Program-made: the position numbers and the translations under genes
The notes under the pieces: model-generated
Told to the model about the DNA's origin: nothing
Database searches by the model: none
What the model saw: the letters and a program-made list of their open reading frames with translations, nothing else
Shown: one piece after another, positions 1 to 14,496 of the stretch
Position numbering within the stretch: position 1 is the stretch's first letter
How the letters are laid out: each line of letters starts with the position of its first letter
Source of the DNA: Hyaloraphidium curvatum SAG 235-1
Lineage: Eukaryota; Fungi; Monoblepharomycota
Direction: 5' to 3'
Length of the DNA stretch: 64,000 nucleotides
Assembly: GCA_025558095.1 (NCBI GenBank)
Contig: JAIVFI010000009.1
Coordinates: 248,001 to 312,000 of the forward strand

Positions 1-923
<923 letters not shown>

Positions 924-1440
924 TGTGGTAGACTATCTCCGAGTCGCGGTCGACTGCGGGAATGGGGGGAAAACAGGGTGAGAGTGCCGTCAGGGGGGTG
1001 GCCTCCCGCCGTGCCGAATTCGTCAATCCGACCAGGGTCCGCCGCCTCGCGGCGCGCCGCCGCGGGAGCAAAAAGCGACATCCGACGGCGGGCGTGGTGC
1101 GGCGCGGCTGCAGCGGCCGCAGGGGCAGGGGGAGCGCGGCGCGACCGGACCGCAACCCCTGGCCGGCGGACGCGCCCTCGCCGGCGCCGGCGGACGCGGC
1201 GTCCGGCAGGGGCACGCCACTTGCATTTCGAGCAGAACTGCGCCTCGCGCTTCGCAAGCACCGGCGGTACCAACCTTTGGGAGGTTTGAATTCAATCGCG
1301 ACGACACAGAGCTGATTTTTTGGCTGGAGAGCCGTGGGGGTGAACTGGACCGTGCGGAACCGGACAACAACACAACTCGAAGCGACGCATTCCCCCCGAT
1401 AGCCGTCGTTCTCATTCATTGAAGCGTGCACCGGGTCGAG

Positions 1441-4351
1441 ATGGACGTGGTGGCCCTCATAAGGTGCCCCTTCCGGCCGGTCGGACGCGTCGACGCGTGT
1501 TCACAGGCCCGTCAACCGCGTCTCCAAATCGGCGCCTCGCAGCGGTGGGAAGGACAGCTGCTTCAACATGATGCACTGTGTGGCCAACGGGCACAGAATT
1601 TGTGCCCTGGCGAATTTGTTTCCGGCTCCGGAAAGCGGTACAGGTCGGTGAGCGGCGCCGTCCCCCCCGGAATGTACTGCATCTCGCGATCGCATAGATG
1701 AGCTGGACTCGTTCATGTTCCAAACCGTCGGCCACGACCTGATCGATCTCTACGCGGAGTGCATGGGGGTTCCTCTGTTTCGCCGGCCGATTTCGGGCGC
1801 CTCGATCGTCCAGGGGATGGACTATGCCCCCCAGAGCGGAGACGAGGTCGAAGACCTGTTTGAGCTCCTGTCGCTCGTCAAGGTCGGCCTGCGGCACCTC
1901 GTTGGCCAGACACTCGTCTCATGACGCTGCTTCCGCCCAGCGCGAGATGCCGAATGTGCAGGCGGTTGCCGTCGGTGCGATTCTTTCCAACTACCAGCGC
2001 ATCCGCGTCGAGAACGTGTGCGTCCCGGCCTCACTTCTCCATTGAATCGACAGTAGAGTCTCATGACAGCTTGCAGGTGCAGCCGCTTGGGGCTGGTTTC
2101 GTTGGCCTACCTTTGGCGCAGGGACCAGAAGGAGTTACTCCAGGCCATGATCGATTCGGGGATGGACGCGATCCTCGTCAAGGTCGCTGCAATGGGTTTG
2201 TTGTCTCTCCCGGCGCCGGCAACGCGGTTCCGTTGACGTCGGTGATAGGACTGAAGCCTTCACACCTTGGACGCCCGATCTCTTCGATCCTGGACTTGAT
2301 GTGCTCCTTGGTAGGCATCACATCCCGCAATACTGGCCAGGCGTTCACATGATTCTTTAGAATGAGCGGTACGGATCTCAAATCTGCGGAGAAGGTGGGG
2401 AGTACGAGACCATGACCCTCGACGCCCCCATTTTCCAACGACGAATAGTCATGTGGGTATCGTTCCTCTACCGGAGGGCCTGAACATTGAAGCAACTTTC
2501 CTGCAGCGACCAATTCGAGATCGTTAAGGCCGCGGACGAAGCGTTCGCTACGGTGGCCCACTACCGAATCCTCCAGGCTCATACGGAGGGAAAAGTCTCC
2601 CACGGTCTTCCCAGCCAGCTTGCAGTCTCGCTCGTAGATACGTTTAGGACCCGACCTCTCCACATTGAAGGCGAGGATGAGCTGACGATCGGCGTCGAAG
2701 GCCCCGATGTATCTTTCTCAAAACTGGCACCGAGACCAAGGCGGAGACAAGGTGTGGGCGCCATGGACTTGATTTCCGGCCAGAGCTCACATTGCCATTC
2801 AGCACCTTCTGAGGATGCGCCGTGGCACTTCTCGACCAGCGCTGCTCCATTCGGTGATGACATTACAAAAGCGACTCGCCATTGCCTCGACGAGCTTCAG
2901 TGTTGGTTCAGCCTGGCTTGGCCTCTCCGTGGGCTCATTTCATCCCACACAGCCAAGCTTGCTGCGAGAGGACTGACTTGGAGCGACGTTGCGATTGTTC
3001 ACGTCCACCTCGGCAACATGGCAGATTTCGGCGCCTTCAACCTGATTTACGGAGAGCTCTTTCCGCGAAACCCACCCGCCAGGTGCATAGGAACCGCTTG
3101 TTCCTCGCGCGTTCGAGCTGACTTCGTGAACAGGGTTACAGTTGCAGTTCCGACCTGCCTCTCGATTGAATGCTTGGCCGCTGATCCACGAGCCCCGAGA
3201 GAAAACATGCACGTTCAAAGCATCTCGTACTGGGCGTGAGTCGAATGCGCACATCTTCGCGTTCGCCTATTCTCGCTAAGATTGTCTCGGCAGTCCAGCC
3301 AACATTGGACCGTACAGCCAGACAGTCACCGTATGCTGAAGTCCGGTTCGTGTCCCCGGTCGCTGGCTAAAGTGCGCTCCTAGATTGGCGATTGCACATT
3401 CGTTGCGGGGCAGATCGGCCTTCTCCCGCACACAATGAACCTTCCAAGGACCATGGAGGAGGAGCTGTCTGCGTCCTTGTCGAATCTGAGCGCCGTCATC
3501 TCGGCCGTGGGTGGCGATCTCCGCAGCAACACCCTGTCGTGCATCTGCTACGTAACAAAGGAAGCATTCGCGGACGACGCAAAGCGGAGCTGGAGTTTGG
3601 TGGCGGATCGAAGGATACCAATGGTTGTTTCAGTGGTATCCGGACTTCCGCGCGACGCTTCCGTGGAATGGGAAGTCGTCTTCGTTCGCGCCAGATCATT
3701 GGCCGCCGGATCTGAAGATGGCGACGAGGAAGCTTTGGACCGATACGAAACGGTCGCAGCGGATCATTTGGAATCCGGGGAGGTCGATTTGGATGGCGGT
3801 AAGGGTGTCTTTTTCGCTTGCTTGATTCCGCAGCTGACCGCACATGCAGGCGGCCTGTATGATTACAGCATTTCTATTCGGCGGATCGGGCCCTACTTCT
3901 CATGCTTCGCCAGTCTTTGGACGGACCATGATGACCATGGTAGATACGTTGGGCTGTTCCCGCGAAGAGCTGCTTAGCTTGTGAACCGAACCAGGCGGCG
4001 TACCCGAGGATCAGGTCTTGACCGCATTCTCGGCTTTTCTCAGCAAGATCCGCCGCGCCGTGCTCATGCTTGGGCCCGATGGGCGGAGAGTCGTCTTTGC
4101 CGCTCGCATGTTATCTCCTCGGCATGTCTCGGCCTCGAAATTGGTGGAAGGTATGGTCTCGGGCCGGTGTGACGCTGCATGTACGTGACTGCTTACCATT
4201 GGTTGCACAGCATGGGCAGGGTCTCACTTGTCTAAGGGCACGGACCTGGCGCAGATCCCCACCATTTCAACGAGGACCGTTGCCAGCATCTGCCTTCACG
4301 GCACCATGGACGCGGACTGAGCGATCTTCTCGTTGTTCACTGAATTGGTAA
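1441..4351 (+). CDS. DPH6: diphthine--ammonia ligase with C-terminal RidA/YjgF-like domains (multi-exon)
   Basis: MDVVALIS/GGKDSCFNMMHC, DSFMFQTVGH, AILSNYQRIRVENVC, ICGEGGEYET, MHVQSISYW, LPRDASVEWE motifs; 3' end approximate. Confidence 0.9.
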
Positions 4352-4480
4352 TCCATGAGGATGTGACAGATTTACAAGAACTCTGCGATGAACAGGCGTG
4401 CTAGAGACGGAGGTCTATGTTTTTGAAGTGGGTATAGCGCTCCCCGCAGCTCGGACTCCGTAACCGTCCCTTGGCCAGAC

Positions 4481-5929
<1,449 letters not shown>

Positions 5930-6443
5930 CTTGATGCAGGCAGCGCGGGACTCTGCGGGCACGCTCTGGTGCTGGGACGGCGTGCCGGGCGTGAGGGGCG
6001 GAGCGACAAACAACCGGCCGACGAGGCCGGACTGCCGCGATGCGAGGCCCGTGCACCCGGCGGCGGCCGGCTCCGTGTTTCTACGGCAGCGATGGCCGTG
6101 CGGCGGAGCCAATGGCCTCCAAAGGGGGCAGGGATGGTGTGGTGGTGCACGCAGCTCCGCTTCGATCGACGCCGTGTCGTCCGACCCTCCCGCGCCCCAA
6201 CGATTCCGCGGCCGCCGCACCCGGCTCCGTTCCTCAGAGCGCGGACTGAGCTTACCAGAGCGAGTCCGGTTGCAGCTCTGGGGTGCAAAGGAGGGGTTCT
6301 TCCAGACTGAGAATTAGGAGAGGCCCGAGCTTCGAGCGGGGTTCCGGTGCAAACCTCCGACTGGCCGACAGGACCCCGACCCCGAAGATATTCGCAAACA
6401 GGCGGAGATTCAAATGAGCGAGCGGAATGCAAAGAAACCAGTA

Positions 6444-7176
6444 TCATGTTGAATGTTTCGCGAAGAAGCAAGGCGGGGGCACCGGGCCAACAGCCTCGGC
6501 TCTCGCCCCAAGAAGAGTGACAGTAGGCGGTCCGATCGAAACCCAAACATCGTCCATCACATCGGTGCCTCGAGGCCGACTCCCCTGGCTTTCTGAGCGT
6601 AATCGGGCACGGTGGCGTCCCTCTTGGCCCAAGACGGAACTAGCCCGTCTACGGTGAGCAAGTGCAACATCAGACAAACTCAAGCACCCACGTCCGCCGA
6701 TCCAAGTGAACCTGCCGCTCTTTTGGCGAGCCTTGTCGGCCCTGCGGGCCTCGATCTCGAGCTCGCGAGCCCGCAGGGCCGCGGCCCTCGTCGTCTGCGG
6801 CAGGTACCAAAAGTCGCGGTCCGAGCCGGCTTCTTCCTGGGCCTGCTGGCCGCCCGGCCCTTCGCGGACGCTTTGCACCATCGCAGACCCCTGAGGGCGC
6901 TTGCTGAGCTCGAAGCCGCCGATGTTGGTGTACCAGGGCTGCTTCTCGGCGCGAAGCACCCTCTCGCCCTCTTCGGCCAGCTCCCGGGCGCGGTATGCGG
7001 CCCTCAGCGTGGAGTCCTTGGGAGGGGTGTCTATTTCCCGTCGTGGTGGTCATGGGCGGCGGTGAGTGGTGCGCCTCTCGAACACCAGCGGCGAACCCAC
7101 ACACGATGGCTTCGCGGTCCCACCGGCTCAACGCCGGGTTGTACGGGTCGTAGCTTTTACTCTGGCCGACGGACAT
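6444..7176 (-). CDS. hypothetical protein (probably 2+ exons)
   Basis: Codon-biased ORFs 6670-7176 and 6444-6959 joinable by a short intron; no family recognised. Confidence 0.5.
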
Positions 7177-7761
7177 GTCGGACGTTGGCCGTGTGCAGGC
7201 GCGAGGGCTCAGGTGGGAGGCTTGTTTGAACGGCGAGTCAGCGCGTCGAGGACTCGCAATTGCTCACCAGCCCGTTCTGTCCAACACCCCCGGCAACCTC
7301 CAATTCTACTCCAGCGCTCCATCCGCGCGGGACCACGGAGCCGCCGTTGCCTTACTAGCGCGGTGCCACGCGGTTTTGCCCTTCGCCCGCCGCAGTGCTT
7401 TGTGCCCTTGTCGCCAGCCGGAACGGGCACGGGGGCACTGACAAACGACACCTCCCCCGGTCGTCGTTTCTTCGCGGGTCTCCCACAGGGTGCGATTAAG
7501 TTGCTGAAGGCTTGAAGCGCAACGGTTGACTCTTTCCACGTCTGCTAGCTGTGCCAAAGGCAGGAAGGAGCCTTGGTTCCTGCCGGGACACAAGCTCGAA
7601 CTACAAAGAAGAGCGACCGCCGAAGCACGTGGCGAGACTCTTCCCCATCTACGCGTCTGACTTGATACCTATCTTGACTTCAATCCAGTGCTAACACGGT
7701 GAGACAGTTCTCGCGAGCGCGGCCACGTTCGAGGGGGCTGATGAACCTGACTCCATCAGCG

Positions 7762-8955
7762 ATGGTTGACATCAACGAGGCTATCAACGCGGCTCGTCGC
7801 GAGGCCGAGGTCCTCAAGGAGCGAATCAAGCTGAAAAAGGATGCCCTTGCCGATACCTCCCGTGAGCTGGTTCTCGCAACAAGCTGGGTATGGGCTGAAA
7901 CGAGAATCTGCAGTGCGCACGGTCGCCGGCGACCTGCAGCCTTTGCCCCGTATCGGGCTCAAGGTCCGTCGGACGCTGAAGGGACATCTCGGCAAGATCT
8001 ACGCGATGCACTGGGCTGCCGATAAGAGGCACCTCGTCAGCGCATCGCAGGACGGAAAGCTGATCGTGTGGGACGCTTGGACGTCCAACAAGGTCGCCGC
8101 CATCCCCCTGAAGTCCTCCTGGGTCATGACCTGCGCATACGCACCTTCGGGCAACCTGGTTGCATGCGGCGGTCTGGACAACATGTGCACCGTGTACAAC
8201 CTCAAAGCCAAGGACGGTACCACCAAGCCGGCCAAGGAGCTCCAAGCGCACACCGGCTACCTGTCGTCGTGCAGGTTCATCAGCGACCAGCAGATCATCA
8301 CGACTTCGGGCGACATGTCCGTGATCCTCTGGGACATCGAAACGGGTTCCAAGATCATGACCTACCTGGACCACACGGCCGACGTCATGAGCGTTTCCCT
8401 GAACCCGAGCAATCCGAACATCTTCGTCACCGCTGGATGCGACTCGACCTGCAACATATGGGACATGCGCTCCGGAAAGTGCCTTCAGACCTTTACCGGG
8501 CACGAGTCCGACATCAACTCGGTCCAGTGAGCAGCCCCGGTACCGTTCAGCAGCAGTCGCCTGACGCTCCTTTGCAGGTTCTTCCCAAATGGCGACGCCT
8601 TTGCCAGCGGCAGCGACGATGCTTCCTGCCGCCTCTTCGACCTGCGGGCTGATCGAGAGCTCAACTGCTACACCCACGACAACATCCTCTGCGGCATCAC
8701 TTCTGTGGCCTTTTCCAAATCCGGCCGCATGCTTTTCGCCGGATACGATGATTTCAACTGCAACGTGTGGGATACGCTGACGGGCGAAAGGGTCGGCGTT
8801 CTTCTCGGTCACGAGAACCGCGTGAGCTGCCTCGGCGTGAGCAGCGACGGCATGGCGCTTTGCACTGGGAGCTGGGATGCCACCTTGAAGGCGAGTCGGA
8901 CGGGCTGCTGCGTCCTATCGGCATCTCACGGCGTTCCATGCAGATCTGGGCCTGA
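7762..8955 (+). CDS. GNB1: heterotrimeric G-protein beta subunit (WD40)
   Basis: [72 protein letters not shown]. Confidence 0.97.
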
Positions 8956-9031
8956 GGAAGGCCGGGTTGCACAGTGATAGTTGAGCAAAGACGTGACATT
9001 CGTTCGGAGTCGAACAAGGTACAATAAATCC

Positions 9032-11265
9032 TTACGTCTGCTTACCCGTGGACAAATAGGTCTGAAGCCGCGCCTCCGAGATCGTTGCCGCAGCCTTGGG
9101 CTTCTTCGGCTTCTTGATCTTGAGCCCCGGTTCCGGTGCCAGATCACCTGCTCCGAAAGGCTCATCGCCGTTACCCGCAGCAACATTGTCCGATGCAGAC
9201 GGGGGTTTCCCCGGCCGATGATCGTCCTTGTGCTTTCGCGCTTTGCCGTCCTTAGAGTCCGACTTCGCGCGCGGAGCGCCGTTCCCTGCCGAGGAATGCT
9301 CCTTGCCCTTCCGCGCCTTCTTTCCGCCCCTTTCTTCTTCCAAAGCGGCGTCGTCATGTTTCCGCTTCTTTGGTTTGCCAGAATCGCGGACAGGCTTCTG
9401 GCCCCCCGATTCGGCCATGCGAGCATCGAGCTTCTTTCTGAACTCCTGCAGCTTCCGCTTCTTCTCCCGCTTCCACTTCTCGGCATCGCGCCGCTGCTTC
9501 TCTGCCGATCGGAAAGGGGCCAGCTTCTTGAGGGAAACGAGCTCGTTGAGGTCCTTTTCGTCCGCCAGAAGAATGTCGACGGGATCCAGACCAAAGCTCT
9601 CCGGTTGCACCGTCCGGTATTTGAAGCGGGTGGGGATGCCTCCGACAACGTCCTCGAAATCGAGCTGGTACGACTCCTCGAGGTAGCGGTTGAGCGCCTG
9701 CTTCACCTCGTCCTTCGGCGCAGCACCCGCCCGCTCTGAACCCGCCGCGCCCGATTCCAGATAGTCCGCGTCCATGACAAACTGATCCTCTTGCTGAGCG
9801 CCCTGGGTCTTCTTCTTCTTCTTTTTCCGCTTCTTCTTCGCCTCGCCGGCGCCGTTGGCATCAGCATCCTCTCCCTCCCCGGCACCGCCTTCCGCGGCGG
9901 CAGGCAGATCGGATATGTCAATGTCGTCCTCAAAAACGGGCTTCCCGTCGGGATCCTCCTCCACGTAGTAGTCCTCGCCGAACGCTTCGGCCATCTGCTC
10001 GTCGTACTTCGTGGGATCGAAATCGCCCTCCAGATCAATGTCCGCGAACGGGATCGATTTGGACCCCGAGATCTGCTGGATTTTCTTGAGCTTCTCGAGG
10101 ATCTCTGCCTTCTTGAGGTTCTTGAGCCTCTTGAGCTCCTCCTCCTTCTGTCGCCGCTCCTCCTCTTGCCGCTGGGCCTTTGCCTCACGTTCCCGCTTTC
10201 GCTTGTCGTCCTTCCTCCGAACTGAGTCGATGTTGCGCGCATGGCCGACGATGTTGGCTCCGCCCTCCTCCTCGTAGCGGAAGTTGTACTGCCGCTCAAA
10301 CTCCTCGGCTTCCTCCAAGTGCTCCTCGTCCTCATCGTCGTCGACGATTTCGGAGTAGCCCGGCACGCGGTTGGCCTCCTTGTCGACCCAACCCCGGTTC
10401 AGAATATAGCTGCGAGAGCCGCGGTCAGTTGAGGATGCGCCAAGAGTAAGCCAGAACCCACTCCCAAAGAAACTTCTCGTTCGCGTCAACTTCCTCGTTC
10501 TCGCCCTTGCGCGTTGTCCAATCCCTTATAGCGATCTCGCCCTCCTTGCTCTGTGCCGTATCAGCGCCTGTTCCTCGTTGGGAGGGGACGGATCACGACT
10601 CACGTTGCGGCCGATCTTCTCGAGAAGAAAGTTCTTGTAGTCCTCCTCTTCGTCCTCCAGGTCCTTTTCCGTCTTCCTGCGGACAGTAAACAGCGAATCT
10701 TCGCCCCCTTCTTCGGCATCCTCTAGCATGGCCGCCTTTGGAGCCGGGACAGACGTCAGCATCCCACGCCAAGCCAGAAATCCGATATGCCGACCTTCAG
10801 CTCCCTCTTGAGCTTCTCTTGCTCCTCGGCATGTGTCAGCGGTCGGGATTCTTCCTCGTTGTCAGAGCCCTGACCCGCGAGCAGGCGCTCGCGGTGGACA
10901 TCCTTGAGCCGCACCGGCTTCCCCTCGGCCTTGAGCTTCTTTTGCTTCCTCTCCCACTCCTGCCTGGCCTTTTCCAGCTCCGCTTCATCGAAGAACTTCT
11001 TTTGCGAATCGTAGACCGCCGGGTCCCTCTTGCGGATCAGAGCAATGGTCTGCACAATCTGGGCGTCCACGGCCGGGGTCACCAGCTCGCCAAACTCGTC
11101 CTCTTCCTCGTCCTCCTCGCTGTCCTCCTCGCTCCCGGAGCCGTGCTCGTACTTGTCGCGCAGCTGGGACAGCTCCTCCCTCTTCTTGCGCTCCTCGTAC
11201 TTCCGAGCAAACTCGGGGTTGACCTTCAGCTGGAGCTCATCGTCGTCCTCCAGAAGGTTCGGCAT
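9032..11265 (-). CDS. KRI1: KRI1 40S ribosome biogenesis protein
   Basis: LKVNPEFARKYEERKKREEL, FERQYNFRYEE, LKRLKNLKKAEI, IPTRFKYRTV, ILLADEKDLNELVSLKKLAPFR. Confidence 0.95.
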
Positions 11266-11460
11266 TTCCGGCCAGGTCAAAATTCTACTCGAGTGGTCTA
11301 AGCTGTGTAGTTGTTTGTTCGGTCGTGGTGATCGAAAGTAGGCCCGACCTCGCCGCCGGGAGACGGGTCTGCTGGGCCTCTGCCTTCGGCTAGAAGAGCC
11401 CGCTTTGAAGACCCAGGAGTTCCCTGGTAACATCAGCGATCTCGATTGAACCGTCGAGAA

Positions 11461-11870
11461 ATGTCGACGGGCCCCGCTATGACTTCCCAGCCCGCGGAAC
11501 GCCCGCAGCCCGCCGCCAGCTCCGGCCCCGCGGACCGATCCGCTGCGTACTACGAGGACGCCCAGGGGCCGCAGGAACTCGATGATGGAGGGAATGAGAT
11601 CGACGTCGTGGCTTCCGATGGGAGCCAGCAAGCCAGCGAGAAGGCCGAGGAACCTTCAGGGGACGAGGATCTGCCCGATGCAGTCAGCGGGGGCAACGAT
11701 TACCACGGGAACTGATCTAGCATGCTGGGGCTTTGCAGTTTGCCCTCGGCAGCTGCTGCCTCGCTTGGGTCCTAAGATATGTAGCTCCGAAGCCGAGGTT
11801 CTATGGTCGCCCGCGACGGAAGCGGTTCACGGCTTCAGATCGGTCCCTCTCGTTGTACATCACTCAATAA
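11461..11870 (+). CDS. small acidic hypothetical protein, divergent from KRI1
   Basis: Codon-biased acidic ORF 11461-11715 with a possible downstream exon; no motif recognised. Confidence 0.3.
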
Positions 11871-12084
11871 CACGGCCTCTTTACCTCCGTTTGCTCCTTC
11901 GTTTGATGACTTCGTTTGGACCGTGGGGGCGTCAAGTGAAGAGCCAACGGGACGACGAGCCCAGCGCAATACTCGCGCATCCAACACGAGCAACAGCCGG
12001 ACCCCACGTTCCGAGGCCGCTTTTCTCTCCTACGCGAAACGGCGCCGCGAGTTTTACCGCGGAGCAAACTCCCACGCGCCCCCG

Positions 12085-12867
12085 ATGGCCGACGCGTCTC
12101 CCGCCGACGCCGGCGAGAACTGGATTCCCCTAGAGTCCAACCCTGACGTGCTGACGGACTTTGCACATGGTCTCGGAGTGCCGCAGACGAGCCCGTATCG
12201 CTTCACGGACGTCTGGTGGGTCCTGGCGTCCTTTCCGCTCGCCTCGCCTGCTGACGCTGGGTTGCCGTGCAGGGGCCTGGATGAGGGCGTCCTCGCCTTC
12301 ATGCCGCGGCCTGTTCTGGCCGTCGTGTTTCTCTTTCCCATTTCGGAGAGCTACGAATCGTACCGCAAGGCCGAGGACGCTAGGATCGCGCAGGAGGGCC
12401 AGACCGAAGATCCTGAGCTCTACTTTACGAAACAGACGATCGGCAACGCCTGCGGCACCATCGGACTCTTGCATGCCCTCGGAAACAGCCTTGAGGAGCT
12501 CAAGGTGCCCGAGACGGCGCCGCTGGCCAAGCTCGTGAAGGCGGCGCGGGGCAAGAACCCGCTGGAGAGGGGGAAGATGCTCGAGACGAGCAAAGAGCTG
12601 GCCGAAATGCACGAAGCCATGGGCGGATCGGGGCAGACGGCGGCTCCGGCGGCGGACTCGGACGTGAACCTGCACTTTGTCGCCTTTGTCCAGGGTCCGG
12701 GCAACCGGCGCCTCTACGAGCTGGACGGCAGGCGTCCGGCGCCGATCGACCACGGCGAGTGCGAGGACCTGCTTGCGGGTGCAGCAAAGGTGGTCCAGCG
12801 GTACATCGACCGCGAGGCCGGCGATTTGCATTTTGTCCTGCTGGCACTGTGCAGCGCAGAAGAATAG
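12085..12867 (+). CDS. YUH1: ubiquitin C-terminal hydrolase (UCH-L3/YUH1 family, peptidase C12)
   Basis: WIPLESNPDV, KQTIGNACGTIGLLHAL (catalytic Cys), LHFVAF (His), LYELDGRR (Asp). Confidence 0.96.
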   Translation: MADASPADAGENWIPLESNPDVLTDFAHGLGVPQTSPYRFTDVWWVLASFPLASPADAGLPCRGLDEGVLAFMPRPVLAVVFLFPISESYESYRKAEDARIAQEGQTEDPELYFTKQTIGNACGTIGLLHALGNSLEELKVPETAPLAKLVKAARGKNPLERGKMLETSKELAEMHEAMGGSGQTAAPAADSDVNLHFVAFVQGPGNRRLYELDGRRPAPIDHGECEDLLAGAAKVVQRYIDREAGDLHFVLLALCSAEE

Positions 12868-13509
12868 ACGTGAAGCCGCTTTGTGATCGATACTGTCTTT
12901 CGTCCTGCTGGCTCAGTGCAGAAGAATACATAGTCTCTGCCGCGCTGTTCTGGTGTAAGGGATCGGAATTGCTCTAGGTTTCGCGAGGGGTAAGCGGCGG
13001 TGTTGACCAAGCCATTCCATCGCCCACACCACACAACTCCCGACCTTGGTGAGCATCGGGGGCCGCTGTGCCGGCGGCGGGCGTGCTGGAGACACCGGGG
13101 AGCCTCGGTTGCTCGTGGACGAGGCGTGCCGGTGCCCGGGAGCCCGGCCGGGCGGGCAGGGCATCTGGCCGGCGAGTCGGAGAACCCGCGCTGCCGGCGT
13201 GCTCGGCCAGCCGTGCCCGCGCCGACCGTGCCGCCGCTCTGCTGGTGTCGCGGCGAGGCAGTATGGCAGCCGCGGCGCAGTGCGCACACGTCGGACGCGT
13301 GCCGCGGCGCGGTGGGGGTTGCGTCCGGCACCGTCGCTCCGGCGCGTGCTGCGGGCGGGGCACGGAGTCGCATGCGGGCGGCCCGCGCTCTGGCGCTCGA
13401 TTTCTCGTTTCTGGACGATGGACGGGGTCGGGCAGGCATCCGATGCTAACCACCTTCTCTCTGCCAGTGCTCCGCCTGAGCCACCGTTCGAGCATCCTCG
13501 CTCGGCACG

Positions 13510-14466
13510 ATGGCGGTCGGAAAGAGTGCGTGCATGCGTGCCTGGCATTTGCCGCACGCGCCTGACCCGTGTGCCTGCAGACAAGCGGCTTTCGAAGGGA
13601 AAGAAGGGCATCAAGAAGAAGATCGTCGACCCCTTCACCCGCAAGGACTGGTACGACATCAAGGCCCCGTCCTTCTTCGAGAAGCGCGATGTCGGGAAGA
13701 CCCTCGTCAACCGGACGCAGGGCATCCGGAATGCGAACGACTACCTGAAGGGTCGCATCCTGGAGGTGTCGCTGGCAGACCTCAACGGCAACCAGGAGGA
13801 CGGGTACCGGAAGATCAAGCTGAAGATCGACGAGGTGCAGGGCAGGAACTGCCTGACGAACTTCTACGGGATGGATTTCACGAGCGACAAGCTGCGGTCC
13901 TTGGTCCGGAAGTGGCAGGTCGGTCTCTGCGCACCCACGCACCCCTGCACGCCACTGACGGAACATTCGCGTTCTAGACTCTCATTGAGGCCAACACCGA
14001 CGTCAAGACCACCGACGGCTACCTCCTCCGCGTCTTCGTGATCGGCTTCACCAAGAAGCGGCCAAACCAGATCAAGAAGACGACGTACGCCACCTCGGCG
14101 CAGATCAAGGCCATCCGGAAAAAGATGTTCGAGGTCATCAGCAAGGAGGCGACGACCTGCGACCTGAAGGAGCTTGTGCAGAAGCTCGTGCCCGAGGCCA
14201 TCGGCAAGGGCATCGAGCAGGCGACGCAGGGGATCTACCCGCTGCAGAACGTGTTTGTGCGCAAGGTCAAGATCTTGAAGGCTCCCAAGTTCGACCGTGG
14301 GTTGTGGTCCTTCTTTGCTGAAGGGTGGTCGCTGATTTACCTTTCTCTAGTTGGCAAGCTCCTCGAGCTGCACAACGACTCTGGTGCCGCGGCGACCTCG
14401 TCGGAGGACACGGGCGCCAAGGTGCCCGGCGCGACGTTCCAGGACAAGGTCTTTGAGAGCGTGTAA
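13510..14466 (+). CDS. RPS1: 40S ribosomal protein eS1 (S3a/S1)
   Basis: [35 protein letters not shown]...[22 protein letters not shown]. Confidence 0.98.
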
Positions 14467-14496
14467 ATGCTTCTGCATAGATCTGTACAAAAGCAA

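Noticed and set aside
7559-7586. GGCAGGAA...TTCCTGCC hairpin upstream of G-beta
   Set aside because: An 8-bp stem is expected by chance at this GC content, and there are no riboswitch or tRNA motifs.
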